Assembly (NCBI GenBank): GCA_964013405.1
Contig: CAXGWI010000044.1
Coordinates: forward strand, 1-24,024
Source of the DNA: an uncultured Myxococcales bacterium
GTDB lineage: Bacteria > Myxococcota > UBA4151
Direction of reading: 5' to 3'
Length of the DNA stretch: 24,024 nt
The notes below the pieces were generated by a model that ran no database searches, had not been told where the DNA came from, and worked only from the letters and a program-made list of their open reading frames with translations. The position numbers were made by a program, and so were the translations under genes. Below are positions 7,456 to 13,797 of the stretch, in pieces. Position 1 is the first letter of the stretch, and every line of letters starts with the position of its first letter.

Positions 7456-9279
7456 ATGGTCGATTTCGTGGAATTCATTGATGACGAATCCGAAAATCCA
7501 ACGTTGCCGTTGAAGGCGAGCGAAGCCAAACCCGGCGGCCCCGGTACCCAGGTGCGCGGCACCCCCCGCATCCTCGTTATCGGGACCGGTGGGGCCGGTG
7601 GCAACGTGGTCACCACGCTTCACGGCATGGGCCTTTCAGGCGCCGATTTGGCGGCGACCAATACGGACTCGCAAGACCTGGATGCCTGCCCTGTTAGTCA
7701 GAAAATTTTGCTCGGAGCCGACATTTGTCGCGGTGAGGGCACCGGAGGCATTGCCGAGCACGGTCATCTCGCCGTCATGGAGAGCGTGGACGCGGTCCAG
7801 GCCCTGGTGACGGGTACGGACATGGTCTTCGTCGTTCTCGGCGGTGGTGGTGGCACGGGCTCAGGAAGCGCTCCGGAGATCTGCCACATCGCTCGCAGCG
7901 CCGGCGCACTCACCGTCGCCGTGATGACGAAACCTTTCTCCTGGGAGGGCAGGAAGCGGATGCGGACCGCAAGCGAGGCTTGTGAAGCCTTGCGGAACAC
8001 GGCGGACGCAACCGTTGTCCTCTCGAATGACAGACTCCAGGCCCTCTGCGACGAAGATGCTTCCGTTGAAGAAGCCTACGAGGCCACCGATCGCCTGCTG
8101 GCCGAGACGGTGAAGGGCCTCGTCCATTTGGCCCAGGCGCCGGCCACTGGGAGTCGAAGCATCAATCTGGACTTCCGCGATGTGCGCACCGTTCTTGCTG
8201 CTCGCAGGGATGCCTTGATCGGGATCGGTTTGGCGAAGGGGCCCGACCGGGCGGAAAAGGCATTGGAGCTAGCCATCAGCAGCCCGCTCCTTGAAGATGC
8301 GACGCTTGAGGGTGCGACCGGTGTGCTCTGTCATATTCGTTACGGCACCGAGGCCCTGACGATGCGCGAGAAGGCTCGCATCGGGGCCCTCATCGGCGAT
8401 GTGATCGATGAGGATGCAGACTACATCCTCGGATTCTGTGCCGACACGGCGCTGACCGATGAAATCTCGGTCATGGTGGTTGCGACGGGTTTCGATGGCG
8501 GCGCCGTCGAGAAGCGGACGGCGAGCCGCTCCGACGGCGTTCGAGTCATGGCGCCCGCTTCGCGGCCCGCCGCCCATGTCGACCGGCGGGCCGTCCCGGT
8601 GGAAGCACCGGTGGAGCATCGTCCGAAGCCGAGTAACCCCATCGTTAGCAATCCCACGCCTGTGAGCCGGCGGCAGCTCAAACGGGCCGGTGTCCGACCG
8701 ACAGCGACCCAGGGTGAGTTGGTGATTCCGGCAGCCCCCCGGCCCCCGGCCACGCCGGCGCCGAGCCAGGTTCGCCCCCAAGAGGCGATGGTAGCCCAAG
8801 CGCAGCCAGCGGCCCCAGCGCCGATGGCGGTTCAGCCCTCGTTACCGGAGGTCGGCGCCACTGGGGGCAGCCCCAGCGCGGCGGAGCAGCGGGCGGCTGA
8901 GGGGCAACGTGCACCGAAAGTTCGCATCGGAGCGGTGGTCTATGATGAGGAGCCAATTCCTCAGGCAAGTCCGGTGACTGAGGCCGAGCCGGCGGCCCTT
9001 GATGGTGAACCTTCCGCCCTTTACGTTGAGAATCTGACGAGCATCCTGCCGACCACGGAGCAGGTCGCCGACCTCTACGCGGAAGGGCCCACGGAAGGGG
9101 AGCCCAGTCGGGCGCCGTTCTCCGTGCCGACTGCTCAGCATCTCCAACGCAACAGCACGCTCCGAGGAGCCCAATTGACACCGACGGTTGGGAACGACCC
9201 GGTTCATCTGGAGTCGCCACGGCAAGCCTCGCTTGTGGTCACGGACGATGACATCGATCGTCCACCCTTCCTCAAGTAG
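7456..9279 (+). CDS. ftsZ: Cell division protein FtsZ, divergent, with very long C-terminal linker
   Basis: VIGTGGAGGN, NTD.Q.L, tubulin signature GGGTGSG, PFSWEG..R, T7 loop NLDFRD and ATGF ending the core at residue 346. C-terminal peptide DIDRPPFLK. Confidence 0.95.
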   Translation: MVDFVEFIDDESENPTLPLKASEAKPGGPGTQVRGTPRILVIGTGGAGGNVVTTLHGMGLSGADLAATNTDSQDLDACPVSQKILLGADICRGEGTGGIAEHGHLAVMESVDAVQALVTGTDMVFVVLGGGGGTGSGSAPEICHIARSAGALTVAVMTKPFSWEGRKRMRTASEACEALRNTADATVVLSNDRLQALCDEDASVEEAYEATDRLLAETVKGLVHLAQAPATGSRSINLDFRDVRTVLAARRDALIGIGLAKGPDRAEKALELAISSPLLEDATLEGATGVLCHIRYGTEALTMREKARIGALIGDVIDEDADYILGFCADTALTDEISVMVVATGFDGGAVEKRTASRSDGVRVMAPASRPAAHVDRRAVPVEAPVEHRPKPSNPIVSNPTPVSRRQLKRAGVRPTATQGELVIPAAPRPPATPAPSQVRPQEAMVAQAQPAAPAPMAVQPSLPEVGATGGSPSAAEQRAAEGQRAPKVRIGAVVYDEEPIPQASPVTEAEPAALDGEPSALYVENLTSILPTTEQVADLYAEGPTEGEPSRAPFSVPTAQHLQRNSTLRGAQLTPTVGNDPVHLESPRQASLVVTDDDIDRPPFLK

Positions 9280-9285
9280 CTTCCG

Positions 9286-9774
9286 GTGAGGGACCTGGCT
9301 CAGGACCTGGTCCAGGCCTTGGCCCAACGGGCCGCGACGGTGACGTTTGCCGAGAGTTGTACGGGAGGCTTAATGGCAGCCACCCTGACCGGTGCAGCAG
9401 GTGCTTCCCGGGTCTTCCGTGGAAGTTACGTTCTCTATTGCGATGAAGAGAAGGCACGGCTTCTCGGCGTCGCCCCCGCTTTGATTCAGGAGCAGGGGGC
9501 GGTCAGCGAGGGCTGTGTCCTTTCTCTGCTGCAGGGCTTGGCCCGGGACCATGGTCCCTGCTATGCTGCGGCCGTGAGCGGGATCGCCGGGCCCGATGGA
9601 GCTCGTCCTGGGAAGCCTGTCGGTACGGTCTGGATCGGTCTCGCAAGCCCGAACGATCGTTACAGCAAGCGGTTTCAGTTCGATGGGGATCGAGAGGCCG
9701 TTCGACGACAGGCTGTAGAGGTCGGGCTGCAAGGGCTTCTTCGGTTGGTCAAAGAAGAGGAGGGACCCTGGTGA
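9286..9774 (+). CDS. cinA: CinA C-terminal domain protein (PncC-like nicotinamide-nucleotide amidohydrolase)
   Basis: AESCTGG, GASRVF.GS, Y.DEEK..LLGV, GAVSE, SGIAGPDG..PGKPVGTVWIG and F.GDREAVR motifs. No N-terminal MoCF domain. Confidence 0.92.
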   Translation: MRDLAQDLVQALAQRAATVTFAESCTGGLMAATLTGAAGASRVFRGSYVLYCDEEKARLLGVAPALIQEQGAVSEGCVLSLLQGLARDHGPCYAAAVSGIAGPDGARPGKPVGTVWIGLASPNDRYSKRFQFDGDREAVRRQAVEVGLQGLLRLVKEEEGPW

Positions 9775-11057
9775 GTGGATGGTTTCAAGCCGCAGCGCTG
9801 CCGGTGCCCGAACGGGCCGTGGTGGTTGTTGATCTGGGAGCTCAGATCTTTCGGGTGGGCATCATCGACGGTGAGGGCTGCACCTTGGCCTTGCAGGAGG
9901 CAGAGGCCGTCGGGGTCGACCGCCAGGGTCTGTTACAGGATCTGGCGCCGGCCGCAGAACTCTTGGGTAAGTTGGTCCGGCGGGTCGAAACTCTGGCCGA
10001 TCATCAGGCTGACGAGATCCTGACCACAGTACCCGGGCCCCTTCTGCGTAGTTACAGTAGCGATGGTAAGGTGGCGGTCCCGGAGGGGGTGGTCGAGTCC
10101 GGTCATCTCCTGCGCGCGGCCGAGCACGCCGTGTTTAGCGAAGAGATCAGTCCGGGGAGTCGGCTCGTCCATGCGCTGCGACGGGGCTGCCGTCTCGATG
10201 GCCAAGATCACGTGGTTCGCCCCATGGGGCTAGCAGGACATCGCCTGGTCGTGGACTTCTTCTGGGTGCTCTTGGAGCAGCGGGCTGCCGAAACCATCGA
10301 TCAACTCTTTAGCATGGCTGATCTGCCGAAACCGGCCTTTATCGCCAGTCCACTGGCCACAGCCATTGGTGGTCTGACCCGAGATGAGGCGATTCTCGGA
10401 GCCGTCAGTATTGACCTCGGTCACGCTGCGACCGGTATGACCGTCTGGAAGGATGAGGTGCCCCAGGCCCAGTTTCATCTGCCCTGTGGTGGACGGCATC
10501 TCACCGGTGACCTGAGGCAGGTCTTTCAGGTCTCGAGCGAAGTTGCCCTCGATATCATGAAGAGTCAGATCCCGGCCGTGGCCGAGATGGCCGATGAAGA
10601 AGGACGGATTCGAGTGGGTCGCAAGCGGATCAAGCGCCGCAAAGCGGCTCGAGTACTCCAGTCTCGCCTCGAGGATACCTTTCATCGGGTGCGGGGTCTC
10701 CTGTCGACCCAGGGGTATTGGGGCGAAGCGAACAATGGCATTGTCCTGAGCGGCGGTGTCTCTCGCCTGGAAGGGGTTCAGGCCCTGGCTGAGGCTGTCT
10801 TTGAATGCCCGGTACGCATTGCGGGGATGGAGGCTGAGGATCGCCAGTGGACCTGGCCACCCACCCATGAGGAGATCGTCAGCCTGAAGGCCCGCCCTGA
10901 TCTCGTCACCCTGGCGGGAGCGATGGAGTTTGCTCGCCTTAATCTCCTCAATCTTGGCAGCGGGAAGCGAGGCCCCCAGCCCACGACCACCGGGGTGCCA
11001 GCGCCCCAGGTCCATGACCTACGAGGCGAACTAGGGGCCTTACAGGAAGGTCTGTAG
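9771..11057 (+). CDS. Second, divergent FtsA paralog
   Basis: Colinear with FtsA1, including the FtsA-specific 1C subdomain (RLVHAL...RLDG...RPMGLAGHRL), PLATA...L..DE..LG...IDLG, LP.GG..LT.DL, GIVLSGG and LAE.VF..PVRI. GTGA overlap with cinA; GAGGAGG upstream. Confidence 0.85.
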   Translation: MSGWFQAAALPVPERAVVVVDLGAQIFRVGIIDGEGCTLALQEAEAVGVDRQGLLQDLAPAAELLGKLVRRVETLADHQADEILTTVPGPLLRSYSSDGKVAVPEGVVESGHLLRAAEHAVFSEEISPGSRLVHALRRGCRLDGQDHVVRPMGLAGHRLVVDFFWVLLEQRAAETIDQLFSMADLPKPAFIASPLATAIGGLTRDEAILGAVSIDLGHAATGMTVWKDEVPQAQFHLPCGGRHLTGDLRQVFQVSSEVALDIMKSQIPAVAEMADEEGRIRVGRKRIKRRKAARVLQSRLEDTFHRVRGLLSTQGYWGEANNGIVLSGGVSRLEGVQALAEAVFECPVRIAGMEAEDRQWTWPPTHEEIVSLKARPDLVTLAGAMEFARLNLLNLGSGKRGPQPTTTGVPAPQVHDLRGELGALQEGL

Positions 11058-11065
11058 CGAGCGTT

Positions 11066-11077
11066 AAGGGGCCCCTT
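11066..11077. terminator. Perfect 12-bp palindrome between convergent genes, possible weak terminator or binding site
   Basis: AAGGGGCCCCTT in the 32-bp gap between the ftsA2 stop (11057) and the FHA gene stop (11090). No long U-tract. Confidence 0.25.
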
Positions 11078-11089
11078 CTTGCGCCGAGG

Positions 11090-12232
11090 CTAGAGCACCA
11101 AGAGCAAGATCAGGGCGAAGAGGAAGACCAAGACAGCGCCGCCGAAGATACCCAACATCAGCCAGTCCGGCTGGGCCTTCTTGACCGGTGAACTGATGGC
11201 CCGCGTCTCCTCGCGATTGGGAACCTCTTCCACCGCGGGTAGCGACTTCGACCACTCCCCCGAGTCGTCGAGTTCTAAGCGGCGGTCGGGGGCACTGAGT
11301 TCGGCGCTCTGGGCCGTCAGACTTTCCAAGTCTTCTTCCGTCGCGATGACGGTGACGGGTTCGTCCAACTCGTCGTCAGGCGGGTCCACACTGTCGACGG
11401 ATGGCTCGACCTCGACCAGATCATCTTCAAGGGGAAGTTCACTGCTGTCCTCAGCCTCGGTGGCTTCATGGGAAAGATCTTCCAGGGCATGTTGATCTTC
11501 AGGACTCAGGGGAATGTTCGATTGGCTTTCATCGAGTTCGCCGAGAAAGGCGGCGGCCGGATCGACGAAGACAAGACTCGTGGCACCGACGGTGATTTCC
11601 GTCCGATCCCTCAATTTGGTCCGCTCTGTGATTTCGGAACCATGGATTTTGACGCCATTTTTGGACTCGAGGTCTTCGACCCAAATCCCGGAGAAATCGA
11701 TGTCGAAGCGACAATGGCGCCGGCTGACGTTGGCCTCATCCAGGCAGATGTCGCAGTCATGGTCTCGGCCGAGGATCAGGAAGGGCTTGCGGCCATCGAG
11801 GAGGATGCGGTCGCCCTCCCGCTTGCCGCTGAGTACCCGGAGATAGGGCGTGTTGTCCTCGTTGCCGAGACTTCCGAGCATATCGGCGACCATCTGTTGG
11901 GCCAGAAAGCTCGTGTGTTCCTCACTGGCAAAGTCGAGCTTGGCCGCGTGAAAGATAACCTGGGTGCCTGCAACCTCGATACAGTCCCGGTCCCGCAGGC
12001 TGATGGATTGGGCCGACTCCATGCGAGCCCCATTGAGTCGGGTGCCGTGGCGACTGCCGAGGTCCTCGATGAGCCACTCAACCCCCCGCTGGAGGACTTT
12101 AAAATGATGCCGGCTAATGGCCGGGTTCTCCAAGACGATCTCGCAGTCCGCCTCTCGCCCAACCAGATAGCTGTTACCATCGGCCAGGTCGATGAAGCGG
12201 CCCTCCGAGACCACCTCAAGTTGGGCTGTCAC
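11090..12232 (-). CDS. Tandem FHA-domain protein with acidic linker and C-terminal transmembrane anchor
   Basis: Two FHA cores (GREADC...ISRHH...DLGSRHGT; GRDHDC...VSRRH...DLESKNG), a long D/E-rich stretch and a hydrophobic C-terminal tail. GTGA overlap with the upstream TPR gene. Confidence 0.9.
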   Translation of the reverse strand: MTAQLEVVSEGRFIDLADGNSYLVGREADCEIVLENPAISRHHFKVLQRGVEWLIEDLGSRHGTRLNGARMESAQSISLRDRDCIEVAGTQVIFHAAKLDFASEEHTSFLAQQMVADMLGSLGNEDNTPYLRVLSGKREGDRILLDGRKPFLILGRDHDCDICLDEANVSRRHCRFDIDFSGIWVEDLESKNGVKIHGSEITERTKLRDRTEITVGATSLVFVDPAAAFLGELDESQSNIPLSPEDQHALEDLSHEATEAEDSSELPLEDDLVEVEPSVDSVDPPDDELDEPVTVIATEEDLESLTAQSAELSAPDRRLELDDSGEWSKSLPAVEEVPNREETRAISSPVKKAQPDWLMLGIFGGAVLVFLFALILLLVL

Positions 12233-13353
12233 CGGCCACCACCTAGGCGCAGCACTCGAGTGATCTCCGCACAGGCGTCGATCCCTTCTGGGTCTCGACT
12301 GCGGGGCAGGGAGAGGACGGGCTCGCAGACCTCAAGAGCCCGCTGGCTGTTCTGCAACTCCACGAGGAAGCGAGCAAAAGTCACTCTCGTTGAGATGAAG
12401 CCGGGGTCCTGGCGTAGGGCTTCCTCACAGTAGGAGATGGCCTTTTCAACGTGGCGTTGGCCAGCGAAGGTCGCACAGAGGAACCGAAGCGGCTGCATAT
12501 TGCCCCGGGCCGCTTGGTCCCGCCAGGTGGCCTCCGCTTGTCGGACTTGGTCATCACGGGCAGCGAGGCAAGCCTGGACTTCTTGTTCCAAGTCTCCGAT
12601 CGGGCTCAGGTCCGCGCCGATCCGGCGGAGTTCGGCAATCCTTTGGCCCGCCTCCTCACAGCGCTTGAGTTGGTGACTCAGCATGACACCCAAGAGCAAA
12701 CAGTCCGTGAAGCTGGGCGCAGCCATTAAGCACTGTTCTACGCTGACCCGTGCCCGCTCAAGATCGGCAGCCGATGTCCGGGGACTGAGCATGGCCCGCT
12801 GCCGGTAAACCGTCCCGAGCAAGGCCCTCGCGTCGGGGCGTCGGGGCGCGAGTTCAGTGAGGCGGATGAGTTGGATTTCGGCTTCGTCGAGATCCTTGAG
12901 GACCTCTGCACCTCGGGCCGTGTCGCGCAGGACTCGAGAATAGAGTGCGTAGGCGTAGTTGTAGCGGGCGTCTAGGTAGCCTGGGTGGATCTGCAGGGCC
13001 GACTTGAAGAGTTCGATGGCCCGGTCGTAGGCCTGCCGCTCGAGAAAGTAGGTGCCCAGATTGTTACGGGCCTCAGCGAAGTCTGCATGGGCCTTGATCG
13101 CTTGGCGGTACCAGCGGGCGGCTTCTTCCCGTTCGCCAGCACCCCAGGCGGCGGTACCGAGACCGTTGAGGCAGGGGTGATAGTCGGGTGTGTACTCCAG
13201 GCACAGTTTGAAGGCTTCCCGGGCGCGGGGCCAATTCTCCTGATGCAGATAGGCCGCACCTTGGTTGACCAGCGCCAGCGCTTGGGGATGGGGCGGTGCA
13301 TGGGCCTTACAGCCCACCGCGAAGAGCAAAACGATCGCCAGCAGTCGCGTCAA
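12229..13353 (-). CDS. TPR-repeat lipoprotein (N-terminal half resembles PilF/PilW/Tgl-type TPR arrays)
   Basis: Signal peptide MTRLLAIVLLFAVGC with lipobox. TPR patterns LNGLG, AEARNNLG..FL, ARYNYA, ARALLG. TTG start with GGAGG upstream. Confidence 0.85.
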   Translation of the reverse strand: MTRLLAIVLLFAVGCKAHAPPHPQALALVNQGAAYLHQENWPRAREAFKLCLEYTPDYHPCLNGLGTAAWGAGEREEAARWYRQAIKAHADFAEARNNLGTYFLERQAYDRAIELFKSALQIHPGYLDARYNYAYALYSRVLRDTARGAEVLKDLDEAEIQLIRLTELAPRRPDARALLGTVYRQRAMLSPRTSAADLERARVSVEQCLMAAPSFTDCLLLGVMLSHQLKRCEEAGQRIAELRRIGADLSPIGDLEQEVQACLAARDDQVRQAEATWRDQAARGNMQPLRFLCATFAGQRHVEKAISYCEEALRQDPGFISTRVTFARFLVELQNSQRALEVCEPVLSLPRSRDPEGIDACAEITRVLRLGGGR

Positions 13354-13374
13354 AGGGGCCCAACCTCCGCAAAC

Positions 13375-13402
13375 AGTCTACGACGGGAATCGCATGGGGC
13401 AA
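13375..13402 (-). promoter_or_regulatory. Candidate sigma70-type promoter for the TPR-FHA pair
   Basis: Minus strand TTGCCC-N16-TAGACT, 4/6 match to each consensus hexamer, just upstream of the GGAGG RBS. Confidence 0.35.
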
Positions 13403-13411
13403 GGATTGCGC

Positions 13412-13756
13412 TCAATACCAACAGATCTCATGGCGACTCCGCTCAAAAACAACTTCGAGCAGTTTGGTCTGGGCCTTCACCGACGTGTCTTCTCCCGTGC
13501 AGTCCATGGCACAGCGGTCATTCGACATCTCGGAGCACTGGTAGTCACCGGCCTCTGCCATGCAATTCCACCAGCAGTCTTCCAAGGCCTTCTCAGCCTC
13601 GGTCAGCTTTTTCTGGCACTCCCGGCATTGCTCAAAATTGCTATCGACGATCTCGGCGGCATCTCCATCACAATTCATTAACCGCTCCACTTCGCAACGG
13701 TCTTTGGCGCAGCTCATCGTGGTGGCGAGGGCGGCGATGATGAAGAATCGATACAT
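13412..13756 (-). CDS. Small cysteine-rich putative lipoprotein (114 aa), function unknown
   Basis: Start reassigned to ATG 13756 (AAGGA upstream). Signal MYRFFIIAALATTMSC, then 10 more Cys including CxxC and two CxxxC. Fills the gap between same-strand genes. Confidence 0.7.
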   Translation of the reverse strand: MYRFFIIAALATTMSCAKDRCEVERLMNCDGDAAEIVDSNFEQCRECQKKLTEAEKALEDCWWNCMAEAGDYQCSEMSNDRCAMDCTGEDTSVKAQTKLLEVVFERSRHEICWY

Positions 13757-13797
13757 GGTGCTTCCTTGGCAACGATACAACAGTCAGGCTTTGCCTG

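Noticed and set aside
11468..12433. 321-aa plus-strand ORF and similar long antisense ORFs (e.g. 10230-11015, 12985-13740, 14068-14703, 20869-21480)
   Set aside because: They lie opposite or across well-supported genes, have no recognisable motifs, and are expected shadow frames in high-GC DNA.
12229..13353. Assigning tgl/pilF to the TPR lipoprotein or cglB/cglD to the VWA lipoprotein
   Set aside because: Only generic domain resemblance; orthology cannot be established by eye.
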